Source: an uncultured delta proteobacterium (lineage in GTDB: Bacteria > Desulfobacterota > Desulfuromonadia > Geobacterales > Pseudopelobacteraceae). Taken from it: 64,000 bases of DNA. The notes beneath the pieces were generated by a model. It worked only from the letters and a program-made list of their open reading frames with translations, was not told the DNA's origin and did not search any database. This document shows positions 1 to 10,027 of the stretch, piece after piece (position 1 is the first letter of the stretch; each line of letters starts with the position of its first letter). A program made the position numbers and the translations under genes. Where the stretch lies: contig CAVYYZ010000008.1 of the NCBI GenBank assembly GCA_963772835.1, positions 256,001-320,000 of the forward strand, given 5' to 3'.

Positions 1-254
1 CCCTCGGCATCATCACCGGAGCTGCCTGGGCCAACTACGCCTGGGGCACCTACTGGAGCTGGGACCCGAAAGAAACCTGGTCACTGATCGTCTGGTTTGT
101 CTATGCCGCTTTTCTGCATGCCCGCATCACCAAGGGCTGGGTCGGCAAGCGGGCTGCATGGCTCTCCATAATCGGCTTTGCCGCCACCATTTTCTGCTAT
201 CTGGGCGTTAACCTGTTTTTGTCGGGGCTGCACAGCTACGGCGGAGGAAAGTAA
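1..254 (+). CDS. ccsA: Cytochrome c biogenesis protein CcsA/ResC, 3' end (partial)
   Basis: Manual translation of frame 3 gives [26 protein letters not shown]...GLHSYGGGK*. This contains the WWD heme-handling motif and the terminal GLHSY of system II CcsA; stop TAA at 252-254. Confidence 0.95.
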   Translation, partial: LGIITGAAWANYAWGTYWSWDPKETWSLIVWFVYAAFLHARITKGWVGKRAAWLSIIGFAATIFCYLGVNLFLSGLHSYGGGK

Positions 255-262
255 ATTGCCTC

Positions 263-292
263 TTGACAGATGTGTGGCAGTTCATTTATTGT
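263..292 (+). promoter_or_regulatory. Putative sigma70 promoter for the riboswitch/terC leader
   Basis: TTGACA at 263-268 and TATTGT at 287-292 (18 nt spacer), just upstream of the riboswitch. Confidence 0.55.
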
Positions 293-299
293 GCTCCCA

Positions 300-408
300 C
301 AATGAAGGGGAGTAGCTATCGGCCGGAGACATGGCTGATCCTGAGTCCGTCAACACAGTCGCAAGACTCGGGCCGGGAACGATAATAATCGCAAGCAAGA
401 CCTTTATC
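300..408 (+). ncRNA. yybP-ykoY (manganese-sensing) riboswitch
   Basis: Hallmark segments AAGGGGAGTAGC (305-316), CGTCAACAC and AGCAAGACCTT (394-404), directly upstream of a TerC gene, which is the usual context. Confidence 0.88.
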
Positions 409-450
409 CAGTGCGTCTAACCACGCCGTGGGTAAAGGTCTTTTTTATTT
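397..450 (+). terminator. Riboswitch expression-platform intrinsic terminator
   Basis: AAGACCTTTATCCA (397-410) pairs with TGGGTAAAGGTCTT (429-442) and is followed by a T-run. The 5' arm overlaps the aptamer P1 strand. Confidence 0.8.
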
Positions 451-492
451 GGTACACAGGCTGTTACAGAAGAGACAGAGGAGGCTTTAACA

Positions 493-1242
493 ATGGAGTG
501 GCTGACAGACCCGCAGGTATGGATGGCACTGGTGACTCTGAGCGCACTGGAGATCGTGCTCGGAATAGACAATATTATATTTATCTCCATTCAGGCGGGC
601 AAACTTCCCCCCCACCAGCAGGAGAAAGCCAGACTTCTCGGACTCGGGCTGGCGATGTTTATCCGTATTGCTCTGCTTTTTTCGCTTACCTGGCTCATGG
701 GGCTTACCGCACCGCTGTTTACTGTGCTGAACAACGAGATTTCAGGTCGCGACCTGATCCTCCTTTCCGGCGGTCTGTTTCTGCTCTGGAAAAGCACCAT
801 GGAAATCCATGAGAAACTTGAAGGTGAAGAGGAGATATCATCCGTTCGCGTAGGGGCAACCTTTGGTGCCGTAATTGTCCAAATCCTTCTCCTGGACATT
901 GTATTTTCTCTCGATTCGATCATCACCGCGCTGGGTATGGCGAGTCAGCTTGCCATAATGATCGCAGCAGTCGTCATCGCCGTCGGTTTCATGATGCTTT
1001 TTTCGGGTACCATAAGTGCCTTTGTAGAGAAACATCCGACTATCAAGATGCTGGCGTTGAGTTTTCTCCTTCTGATCGGCGTGGCACTTATCGGCGATGG
1101 ACTTGATATGCATATACCCAAGGGGTACATCTATTTCGCCATGGCTTTTTCGGTGCTGGTCGAGATGCTCAATCTGAAACTCAGACGCAGCACCCCGGTG
1201 AAGCTCCATCAGCCACATCTGGTAAATAGCCCCGAACCCTGA
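493..1242 (+). CDS. TerC family membrane protein (Mn-related)
   Basis: LEIVLGIDN and DIVFSLDS TerC motifs, multiple TM helices, GGAGG RBS. Confidence 0.95.
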   Translation: MEWLTDPQVWMALVTLSALEIVLGIDNIIFISIQAGKLPPHQQEKARLLGLGLAMFIRIALLFSLTWLMGLTAPLFTVLNNEISGRDLILLSGGLFLLWKSTMEIHEKLEGEEEISSVRVGATFGAVIVQILLLDIVFSLDSIITALGMASQLAIMIAAVVIAVGFMMLFSGTISAFVEKHPTIKMLALSFLLLIGVALIGDGLDMHIPKGYIYFAMAFSVLVEMLNLKLRRSTPVKLHQPHLVNSPEP

Positions 1243-1311
1243 TACACAGATGGTAGAATATAACAATTATCCCGGGCATAACCGGAGACGCTGCATCCAA
1301 GGAGACAGAAA

Positions 1312-1734
1312 ATGAAAAAATCTATGGTAAAATATTGTTCGGTGATGGTCGCCGTTATGTTTTTGAGCATTACAACTCTGGAACTTAATGCCCATGCCAG
1401 ATTCGGCGGAGGTCGCTCCTTTGGCAGCCGCGGTTCCCGCAGCTATTCCGCTCCGGCCAGTCCCTCTTACAAGGCAACTCCGTCTGCGCCAGTATCAGGA
1501 GGTGTGCAACAGCCCGGTGGCGGCGGATTTATGAGAAGTATGGCAGGCGGAATGATGGGAGGTATGCTGGGGAGCATGCTGTTCGGCAGTTCTGCCGGAG
1601 CCGGAGACGGCATGAGCGACGGTGGAGGCAGCGGCCTGTTTAACATTATTCTCCTGGCCGGAGGAGGCTATCTGCTGTATCGGTATATGAGAAAGAAAAG
1701 AACCGAGGGCTCTTCTGATCTGAATGGCCGGTGA
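1312..1734 (+). CDS. Gly-rich exported/membrane protein resembling the N-terminal half of Tim44-domain proteins
   Basis: Signal peptide, ARFGGGRSFGSRGSRS, GGMMGGMLGSMLFG, then a TM segment and a basic tail; AAGGAG RBS. No Tim44 domain follows. Confidence 0.7.
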   Translation: MKKSMVKYCSVMVAVMFLSITTLELNAHARFGGGRSFGSRGSRSYSAPASPSYKATPSAPVSGGVQQPGGGGFMRSMAGGMMGGMLGSMLFGSSAGAGDGMSDGGGSGLFNIILLAGGGYLLYRYMRKKRTEGSSDLNGR

Positions 1735-1762
1735 TAGCATCAACAACAAAAGGGGAAACAGC

Positions 1763-4447
1763 ATGCTTAAAAACAAGGTCATTTTTGTTCTGATACTGGT
1801 CGCAGTGATTTTCCCGTTTATTTCCGGCCTGCTGAATTTTTATGCCGATTGGCTCTTTTTCGTTGAGACCGGCTACTCTTCTGTGTTCACAACGACTATA
1901 TTTGCCAAAACAGGAGTCGGGCTGTTCTTCGGGGCGCTTCTATTTGTCGTTATCATGATCAATGTTTTGTATGCGAACAGGGCGAAATTCCCCTACAGCG
2001 GAATTTTTTCAGTGGGTGGGGGGGCCTTCCGGGTAAACAGTGACGAAGTAACTCGTCTCGTAAAGCCCCTGGCCATGCTGATCGCCCTTGTCCTGGCACT
2101 CTTTGCCGGCAGCTGGGGCACCACGCAGTGGGAGGAACTGCTGCTCTTCACACACAGGGCTGACGTCGGGACCGTTGACCCGGTTATCGGCAAGGATCTC
2201 GGTTTTTATCTGTTCAACCTCCCGTTCCTGGAGCTTATCAAAGGTTTTTCCGGCTTCATGCTTCTGGCAGCCACCGCCACGGCAGGGGCGGTGTACTTTG
2301 TGCGCGGCGGCATCGTGCTGACGGAGCGGGGCGCGACAATTGACGGGAAAGTCCGTCACCATCTTGCGGTTCTGGTCGGTCTCTTTGCCTGTGTGACAGC
2401 CGCCGGCTTCTACCTGGACAGTTTCCGACTGCTGCTTTCGGGTAACGGCACCTTTTCCGGAGCCGGGTATGCCGATGTACACTCCCGTCTGCTGACATAT
2501 CGGATCCTGACGTTTCTGACGCCACTGGCGGGGATCATGCTGTCGGTCGGGCTCTGGAAGGGCGCATGGCGCATGGCGCTGCTGCCGCCGATAGTGGTGG
2601 GCGCACTGTATATAATCGGTATTCAGGTCTACCCGGGTATACTCCAGAAGTTCAAGGTTGCACCCAATGAACTTGCTCTTGAAACTCCTTATATTGAGAG
2701 CAACATCAAGTTTACCCGTTTCGGCTATGATCTGGATAAGATAGAAACCGTACCCTTCGATGTCGATACAAAGCTTACCGCCGCCGATATCGCCAACAAT
2801 GATGCCACCATCAAGAACATCAGGCTCTGGGATCATGCCCCGCTGCTCAAAACCTACAGTCAGCTGCAGCAGATCAGGACCTATTACAAGTTTTTCGATG
2901 TGGATAATGACCGCTATATGGTGAACGGGCAGTACACGCAGGTCATGCTGTCTCCTCGCGAACTTTCCTACGTGGACCTTCCCAGTAAAAACTGGATCAA
3001 CGAACGCCTGATCTTCACCCACGGCAACGGCATCACCTTCGGTCCGGTCAGCCGGATCAGCAAGGAGGGGCTCCCTGAGTTTTTTGTCAAGGATATCCCT
3101 CCTGTCAGTCTGGCTGACATCAAGGTCACCAGGCCGGAGATCTATTATGGCGAGCTTTCAAACGATTATGTGGTCGTAAAGACCAGGGTGCCGGAATTCA
3201 GCTATCCGACCGCCACCGGCAATATTAACACTACCTACGCCGGAAAGGGCGGAGTGCCGATCGACTCACTCCTCAAAAAGGCGCTCTTTGCGGCCAAATT
3301 CAGAACTGAAAAGATCCTGCTTTCGTCCGATATTACGGCGGAAAGTCGAATCCTCTATAATCGTAACATCAACGAGCGGGTCAGAACCATAGCACCTTTC
3401 CTCCGTTTCGACGGTGATCCCTACATGGTGGTGGACGGGAAAGGAGGGCTTAAATGGATCATCGACGCCTACACCTTCTCGGACCGCCTCCCTTATTCAA
3501 GGCCGCTCAGGGGTGGGATCAACTACATGAGGAACTCGGTCAAGGCGGTTGTGGACGCCTATGACGGTACACTTGACTTCTATATCAGTGATCCTGATGA
3601 TGTTCTGGTGAAGGTTTATGCCCGGATGTTTCCGGGGTTATTCAAGCCGATCACGGCCATGCCTGAAGATCTTCGTAAGCATGTCCGCTACCCGCATCAG
3701 TTTCTCCAACTGCAGGCCGCCATGTTTGCCGCCTATCACATGACCGACCCGAAGGTTTTCTACAACAAGGAGAATCTCTGGGAGATTCCGGCCCTCGGGG
3801 ACAAGCCGATGGAGCCCTACTACACGATCATGAAACTGCCGGGTGAAAAGGTTGAGGAGTATATCCTGCTGCTGCCGTTCACCCCCTCAAAGCGGGATAA
3901 TCTGTCAGCCTGGCTGACGGCCCGTTGCGACGGGGCGAATTACGGGAGGATCCGGGCCTACACATTCCCTCGTGACAGGTTGATCTATGGCCCGAAGCAG
4001 ATAGACGCGCGCATCAATCAGGATTCCTTCATTTCCCAGCAGTTGACGCTCTGGAACCAGCGAGGATCGGAGGTAATCCGGGGAAGTCTGCTCGTGATTC
4101 CTATAGAAAAGTCGCTGCTCTACGTTCAACCGCTCTTCCTCGCTGCCGATAAAGCCGGCCTTCCGGAACTGAAACGGGTAATTGTCGCCTTCGGCGATCA
4201 GGTAGTTATGGAGGAAAACCTGGAACTTGCTCTGCAACGGCTTTTTGGGGGTAAAAAAGCTGTTGCAGCTGCCGGAGCCGTTACCGGGGCGGTCTCGACA
4301 GATTCGAAAGCTTCGCCCGCCACACTGGCCAGGGAAGCTATGAGTATCTATGAGAAGGCGACGACTCTGCAGCGTCAGGGGAATTGGGCCGGATACGGCG
4401 AGGAGTTGCGCAGGCTTGAGCAGGTGCTGAAGCGGATGGCGAAGTAG
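1763..4447 (+). CDS. UPF0182 family membrane protein
   Basis: N-terminal TM helices with NIRLWD, DVDNDRY, NYMRNSVK and LLYVQP motifs. ATG 1763 chosen because of the AGGGGA RBS. Confidence 0.92.
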   Translation: MLKNKVIFVLILVAVIFPFISGLLNFYADWLFFVETGYSSVFTTTIFAKTGVGLFFGALLFVVIMINVLYANRAKFPYSGIFSVGGGAFRVNSDEVTRLVKPLAMLIALVLALFAGSWGTTQWEELLLFTHRADVGTVDPVIGKDLGFYLFNLPFLELIKGFSGFMLLAATATAGAVYFVRGGIVLTERGATIDGKVRHHLAVLVGLFACVTAAGFYLDSFRLLLSGNGTFSGAGYADVHSRLLTYRILTFLTPLAGIMLSVGLWKGAWRMALLPPIVVGALYIIGIQVYPGILQKFKVAPNELALETPYIESNIKFTRFGYDLDKIETVPFDVDTKLTAADIANNDATIKNIRLWDHAPLLKTYSQLQQIRTYYKFFDVDNDRYMVNGQYTQVMLSPRELSYVDLPSKNWINERLIFTHGNGITFGPVSRISKEGLPEFFVKDIPPVSLADIKVTRPEIYYGELSNDYVVVKTRVPEFSYPTATGNINTTYAGKGGVPIDSLLKKALFAAKFRTEKILLSSDITAESRILYNRNINERVRTIAPFLRFDGDPYMVVDGKGGLKWIIDAYTFSDRLPYSRPLRGGINYMRNSVKAVVDAYDGTLDFYISDPDDVLVKVYARMFPGLFKPITAMPEDLRKHVRYPHQFLQLQAAMFAAYHMTDPKVFYNKENLWEIPALGDKPMEPYYTIMKLPGEKVEEYILLLPFTPSKRDNLSAWLTARCDGANYGRIRAYTFPRDRLIYGPKQIDARINQDSFISQQLTLWNQRGSEVIRGSLLVIPIEKSLLYVQPLFLAADKAGLPELKRVIVAFGDQVVMEENLELALQRLFGGKKAVAAAGAVTGAVSTDSKASPATLAREAMSIYEKATTLQRQGNWAGYGEELRRLEQVLKRMAK

Positions 4448-4484
4448 CGGTGTTCCGTGGATGTCCCGGTGAGGTGCAGAGATC

Positions 4485-4742
4485 GTGATGCATTATGTAG
4501 TCAGGACATTGCGGCAGGCTAAACGTATGATCGTGATGGTGACCGGTTTCACGATCCTGGCCGCCGGAGTTGCCATGATTGTGCTTCCCGGTCCGGCGTT
4601 TGTCGTTATCCCGATCGGTTTGGCGATACTGGCCACGGAGTTCATCTGGGCAAGAAATCTTCTGGACAAGGTAAAAGAACGCATTGCCCGAATGAGAAAA
4701 GGTAATGGTCGTGAGGGCAGAAATGTGCCGGATAATCATTGA
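4485..4742 (+). CDS. PGPGW-family small membrane protein
   Basis: MIVLPGPA...GLAILATEFIWA pattern with two hydrophobic helices. Confidence 0.8.
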   Translation: MMHYVVRTLRQAKRMIVMVTGFTILAAGVAMIVLPGPAFVVIPIGLAILATEFIWARNLLDKVKERIARMRKGNGREGRNVPDNH

Positions 4743-4893
4743 AATGAATGTGCCCGGTTTTCCTTCCAGGGAGGGAACGTCTTTTAAACGGCGCTCTACA
4801 GGCATCCATGAAAATTGTCAGAGACATACTTCGAAGCAATGAGGTATGTCTCCTTTCTCATCTCGACAGTCTGTCCCCGGAAATATACTGCAA

Positions 4894-7800
4894 TCATCTT
4901 AATTCAACATTCACTCCCGTCTTCCCCGTCCGCACCCGGTTCAACAGCTGATCCATGTAGTAATAGACCACCGGGGTGATGTAAAGGGTCAGCAGCTGCG
5001 ATGTCAGCAGACCTCCCACAACTGCAAGGCCAAGCGGCTGCCGCGATTCCCCGCCGGCACCAAGTCCCATTGCAATCGGCAAAGTTCCCATCAGAGCTGC
5101 CATCGTGGTCATCATAATCGGCCTGAATCGTACGATCGCCCCTTCATAAATGGCCTCCAAAGGTTTTTTCCCTTCTGTCCTTTCGGCTTCAAGTGCAAAG
5201 TCGATCATCATTATTGCGTTCTTTTTGACGATGCCAAGCAGCATGATGATCCCGACAAAACCGTAGATGTTAAGGTCGCATTTAAATATCATCAGGGTGA
5301 TCAACGCCCCGAAACCGGCGGCCGGCAGCCCGGACAGGATCGTGATCGGGTGAATGTAGCTTTCGTACAGCACGCCGAGCACGATGTAGATGACAAAGAT
5401 TGCCATAATCAGCAGCAACCATAAGCCGCTGAACGAAGATTGGAACGCCTGCGCCGTCCCTTGAAAGCTGGTGCTGATGGTAGCGGGAAGCAACGTGTCG
5501 GCAAGTTTGTCAACCAGCTTCATCGCATCACCCAGAGCCACGTCGGGGCGAAGATTAAATGAAATTGTCACCGCCGGAAGTTGCCCCAGGTGGTTGACCG
5601 CCAGTGGGCCGATGGTTTTGGTGATAGTCGCTATGGTTTCGAGCGGGATTAGCTGATCGGTTTTCGCGTGGATATAGAGCATCCCCAGAGCTGCCGGGTC
5701 CCCCTGATAGAGCGGATCAAGTTCCAGAATAACCTGGTATTGGTTGGTCGGGGCAAAAATAGATGAAACCTGACGTGACCCATAGGCATAGGCAAGGGCG
5801 TCCTCCACCTGCAGTACAGAGAGTCCCAGGGCCGCCACCTTGTCCCGATTAATCTCGACTCGTACCTGCGGATTGCTCATCTGCAAATCGCTGGTTACGT
5901 CCATAAGCTCAGGTAGTGTATTTAACTTTTTTTCAAATTCGGCAGAAGAACGGTACAGCTCATCCGTATCCTGACCCTGCAAGGTGAACTGGTACTGGCT
6001 TTTGGAACTGGTGCCGCCGATCTGAATTGAGGGAACGTTTTTCAGGTAGGTGCTGATTCCGGCCACTTTTGCCAGTTTCGGCCGCAGTTCCTTGATGACC
6101 TCGTCCGCTGAGAGTGTGCGCTCACCCCGAGGTTTGAGGCGCATAAAAAAACGACCGGTATTACTGCCGCTGCCTCCCCCGATGGAGGACATGAATCCGT
6201 CAATATTGGGATCCTTGGCGATGATGGCAGCCACCGCTTCCTGATGTAGCTTCATCTCCGCAAACGAGGTCCCCTCAGCAGTCTCGGTGCTGGCGTTAAG
6301 CCGGCCGGTATCTTCTGCAGGCAGAAATCCCATCGGGATCACGGTAAACAGCCAGCCGGTCAGCAGTGTAAGCAGAATCGTTACTACCATGGTTGTGCGC
6401 CGGAAGCGAAGAACCTGCTTCAGAGAACGCTCGTAAATTCCGAGCAGGCCGTCGAAAAAACGCTCCATCATCATGAACAGGCGCCCGTGCTGTTCCGTCA
6501 TCGGCGGCTTCAGAAAACGGCTGCAGAGCATGGGGGTCAGGGAGAGGGACACAAAACAGGAGACCAGAATAGCCACACTGATAGTTATGGCAAATTCGTT
6601 CAGCAGTCGCCCCAGGATGCCTCCCATAAACAGGACCGGGATAAAGACCGCAACGAGCGAAATTGTCATGGAGATAATGGTGAAGCCAATTTCTCTGGAT
6701 CCCTTGAAAGCGGCCTCCATGGCGGTGGCACCCTTTTCCATGTGACGGACAATGTTTTCCAGCATGACAATGGCGTCATCCACGACAAAGCCGACCGCCA
6801 GAGTCAGAGCCATCATGGTAAGATTGTTGATGGAGAAACCGAGCAGATGCATGGCGGAGAAGGTGCCTACGATCGACATCGGCAACGCCAAAGCGGGGAT
6901 GATAGTGGCGGACATATTGCGCAAAAAGAGAAAAATCACCATAATAACCAGCCCGATCGTCAACATCAGGGTGAATTTGACATCGTGCATCGACTCACGG
7001 ATCTGGTCGGAGCGGTCAAACAGCACGTTAAGCTCGACCGAAGCGGGCATCTGGGTGCGGAAGGTCGGCAGCAGCTTTTTGACATTGTTCACCACCTGAA
7101 TGGTGTTGGTTCCGGGCTGGCGCTGGACGGTCAGGACGATGGCGCGGGAGTTGTTGTACCAGCCGGCTGTCTTGGTGTTCTCAACGCTGTCGATAATCTT
7201 TCCGAGTTCCTCAAGGCGAACCGGGGAGCCTTCCCTATAGGCCACCACCATCTGTCTGTAGGCGGCTGCGTTGAACATCTGACCGTTGGCTTCGATAGTA
7301 AAGGTCTGTTTTGTCCCATCGAGGGTCCCGGTCGGCAGGTTGACGTTTGCATCACCAATCGCTGTCGCTACTTCGTCTATGCCGATCCGGCGTGATGCCA
7401 GCGCTTTCGGGTCGAGCTGGGCCCGTACGGCGAATTTCTGCGATCCATGCACGTTAACCTGGGCCACACCACTGATCGTAGAGAGCCGTTGTGCGATCAT
7501 GGTCTGGGCAAACTCGTCAACTGCGGAGAGTGGCAGCGTGGGTGAGCTGAGCGTCAGGTAAAGAACCGGCTGGTCAGCAGGATTAACCTTGCGAAAGGAT
7601 GGCGGCGTCGGCATATTTTTCGGCAACGAACGGGTTGCCGCCGATATGGCCGCCTGTACATCCTGAGCAGCGGCATCGATGTCGCGGTCCAGATTGAACT
7701 GGAGGGTGATCCTGGTTGTGCCGACACCGTTGGCCGAGGTCATGGAATCGACACCGGGAATGGTGGAGAGCTGGTTCTCCAAAGGGGTAGCCACCGCCGC

Positions 7801-7980
7801 TGCCATGGTGTCCGGATTGGCGCCTGGCAGGTTGGCGCTTACCTGAATAGTCGGGAAATCCACGTTGGGGAGGTCATTCACCGGAAGCAGGCGATAGGAA
7901 ACCACTCCGAATATGAAGATGGCGATCATGATCAGTGACGTCATGATCGGACGGCGGATGAAAATATCCGCGAAATTCAT
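4894..7980 (-). CDS. RND efflux permease, MdtB/MdtC-like
   Basis: 1028 aa; starts FIRRPI, has VVDDAIV and KKNAI proton-relay residues and RFRPIMMTT. Confidence 0.95.
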   Translation of the reverse strand: MNFADIFIRRPIMTSLIMIAIFIFGVVSYRLLPVNDLPNVDFPTIQVSANLPGANPDTMAAAVATPLENQLSTIPGVDSMTSANGVGTTRITLQFNLDRDIDAAAQDVQAAISAATRSLPKNMPTPPSFRKVNPADQPVLYLTLSSPTLPLSAVDEFAQTMIAQRLSTISGVAQVNVHGSQKFAVRAQLDPKALASRRIGIDEVATAIGDANVNLPTGTLDGTKQTFTIEANGQMFNAAAYRQMVVAYREGSPVRLEELGKIIDSVENTKTAGWYNNSRAIVLTVQRQPGTNTIQVVNNVKKLLPTFRTQMPASVELNVLFDRSDQIRESMHDVKFTLMLTIGLVIMVIFLFLRNMSATIIPALALPMSIVGTFSAMHLLGFSINNLTMMALTLAVGFVVDDAIVMLENIVRHMEKGATAMEAAFKGSREIGFTIISMTISLVAVFIPVLFMGGILGRLLNEFAITISVAILVSCFVSLSLTPMLCSRFLKPPMTEQHGRLFMMMERFFDGLLGIYERSLKQVLRFRRTTMVVTILLTLLTGWLFTVIPMGFLPAEDTGRLNASTETAEGTSFAEMKLHQEAVAAIIAKDPNIDGFMSSIGGGSGSNTGRFFMRLKPRGERTLSADEVIKELRPKLAKVAGISTYLKNVPSIQIGGTSSKSQYQFTLQGQDTDELYRSSAEFEKKLNTLPELMDVTSDLQMSNPQVRVEINRDKVAALGLSVLQVEDALAYAYGSRQVSSIFAPTNQYQVILELDPLYQGDPAALGMLYIHAKTDQLIPLETIATITKTIGPLAVNHLGQLPAVTISFNLRPDVALGDAMKLVDKLADTLLPATISTSFQGTAQAFQSSFSGLWLLLIMAIFVIYIVLGVLYESYIHPITILSGLPAAGFGALITLMIFKCDLNIYGFVGIIMLLGIVKKNAIMMIDFALEAERTEGKKPLEAIYEGAIVRFRPIMMTTMAALMGTLPIAMGLGAGGESRQPLGLAVVGGLLTSQLLTLYITPVVYYYMDQLLNRVRTGKTGVNVELR

Positions 7981-9101
7981 TAGTTTTTACCCCCGGCCGG
8001 CTGTTTTGCTGCTGGCTGTTTTTCTACTACCGCCCCGGGAGTCAAGCGCAACTGACCGTCCACAACCACCGTTTCACCAGCTGCCAGGCCTTTCTCGACA
8101 ACCGTATCCTCACCCACTGCCATGGTGGCTGTAACCTGGCGCATCTCCACTGAATTATCCGGTTTTACCACATAAATATACTGCCCCTGCTGGCTGGTCT
8201 GGATAGCATTGGTCGGCACAACTACAGCATTTTTCCGACTGCCCAGCGTCATTACCACATCAGTAAACTGCCCCGGCCAGAGTTTACGAGATTTGTTGGC
8301 AAAGACCCCCTTGAGTTTGATCGTGCCGGTTGCCGGGTTCACGGCATTATCAAGAAAGCTGATCGTACCGGTTTCGGTGGCACCCGGTTCATTCGGGATT
8401 GCCGCCTCGATCTTTAATTCATTGCCGGCCATGGCCCGCTTTACCTCAGCAAGCAATTTCTCCGGTATGGAGAAGGTGGCGTAGATAGGAGTGAGTTGAT
8501 TGATCGTCACGATCGCCAGGTCGTTTGCTTTCACCAGATTACCCGGTTGCAGCGCGATCGTGCCTGTCCGGCCGGCGATAGGTGACCGGATGGAACAATA
8601 GCCGAGCTGGATTTTGGCGTTTTTTATGGCGGCACGGTCAGCAACGAGTGTTGCAGCCAGGGATTCGGCATTAGATCGCAACAGGTCATATTGATCGCGG
8701 GTGACTATTCCCTCTTTGAGTAACCCCGCGTAGCGCTCTGCCTGTTCACGAGCGAATTTTGCCTGAGCCTGATCCTTTGCCAGTGTTGCTTCAAGCTGGT
8801 TCAGCATCGCCCGGAACGGTTCCGGGTCAATACTGATCAACAAGACGCCCTTCTCTACATTGCTTCCTTCCGCAAAGTGGAGTCGGGCTATCTGCCCCCC
8901 CACCTGCGACTTTATGGCAACGATCGTGAATGCTTCGATATTGCCGATGGCCTTGACCTGGACCGGGACATTTTTCAGGGCCGCTTGGACCACCTTTACC
9001 GGAACCGGTGGTTTTGCTTTGGGTTTCTCTTTTTTGGCTGTACAGGAGGTGCAGAGGAGGAATACAACGGAAAAAATCAGGAATAGTGAGGTGTGCTTCA
9101 T
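7980..9101 (-). CDS. RND periplasmic adaptor (MFP), MdtA-like lipoprotein
   Basis: Lipoprotein-type N-terminus with IRSPIAGR, DNAVNPATGT and LWPGQF motifs; abuts the RND permease. Confidence 0.93.
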   Translation of the reverse strand: MKHTSLFLIFSVVFLLCTSCTAKKEKPKAKPPVPVKVVQAALKNVPVQVKAIGNIEAFTIVAIKSQVGGQIARLHFAEGSNVEKGVLLISIDPEPFRAMLNQLEATLAKDQAQAKFAREQAERYAGLLKEGIVTRDQYDLLRSNAESLAATLVADRAAIKNAKIQLGYCSIRSPIAGRTGTIALQPGNLVKANDLAIVTINQLTPIYATFSIPEKLLAEVKRAMAGNELKIEAAIPNEPGATETGTISFLDNAVNPATGTIKLKGVFANKSRKLWPGQFTDVVMTLGSRKNAVVVPTNAIQTSQQGQYIYVVKPDNSVEMRQVTATMAVGEDTVVEKGLAAGETVVVDGQLRLTPGAVVEKQPAAKQPAGGKN

Positions 9102-9403
9102 ACATTTCTTCTTTCTTGATATTTGATTGTCAACAGGTGAACGGCTCTCAAGAAGCAGCCGGTGAACTTGACGCCAACTTCGGACATTCGACCGTGCACT
9201 TCAGCAGTCACTGGAACATGCTTAATATGCACGAGAATATGGCAGTGTGCCCGTTCTCGCAGGAATGCACTGCTTCGGATATTCTGCTGATCGATTGCAT
9301 CATAAAGCCGATAATCAACTTCAGGAGAATCGGTGCCGTATTGGAGGTTATTGACAAGGTCGCGGCTCTTTTTTCGCCGCCAGTACTTCAGGTGATTGAA
9401 TCA

Positions 9404-9949
9404 TTATGCTGCTCCGGCTGCTGTCATGATGCTTTTAATCTTTTCAACTGCATCGTTATAAAGTTTTTGAGCTTCTACACTTTTCCTCCGGTACTCAAGC
9501 AGAGCCATCGGGTTCTTGTCGGATACAAAACTCTTGATGGCATCAAAGGAGTCAGCATATGCCTTATGGGCAGAGACTAAACCCGTTTTACCATCGTTTA
9601 GAAGCTTCTTAGCCTCGGGGGACAATGCTTCAGGAACTCCCTTTTTAGCCAGTGTTTCTCCCGCCCGGATGCATTCAGCCTTTGCCTTGTCGATTACTGA
9701 AGGCAGGTTGATGGAAATACCGCCACCTTTAATGACATTTTTCAGTTCATCACCGGCCAGTTTGACCGCCTTATCCGTGATACTCTCCATGCTGAGAAGA
9801 TCTTTCTGGAAAGCCATCAATTTTTCTTTGTCGACCGGTGAGAGCGTGAATGCAGCAATCTTTTGAGGCGGTGCCGGTGCTTTCTCAGTTGAGCAGCCGC
9901 ATACTGTCATAATTCCGCTGATTATAGCAATCAGTACGATTTGCTTCAT
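9404..9949 (-). CDS. Hypothetical alpha-helical lipoprotein
   Basis: Signal peptide with lipobox-like VCGC; GGAG RBS; 181 aa. Confidence 0.7.
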   Translation of the reverse strand: MKQIVLIAIISGIMTVCGCSTEKAPAPPQKIAAFTLSPVDKEKLMAFQKDLLSMESITDKAVKLAGDELKNVIKGGGISINLPSVIDKAKAECIRAGETLAKKGVPEALSPEAKKLLNDGKTGLVSAHKAYADSFDAIKSFVSDKNPMALLEYRRKSVEAQKLYNDAVEKIKSIMTAAGAA

Positions 9950-9992
9950 AGGGCATATTCTCCGGTGTCATTGAATGGTAGTAATTAATACG

Positions 9993-10020
9993 ATACGGGA
10001 GGAGTCGCCCCCTCCCGTAT
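9993..10020 (-). terminator. Hairpin downstream of the zinc-ribbon gene
   Basis: Perfect 10-bp stem ATACGGGAGG/CCTCCCGTAT just after the stop codon at 10028. Confidence 0.55.
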
Positions 10021-10027
10021 GCTGTAT

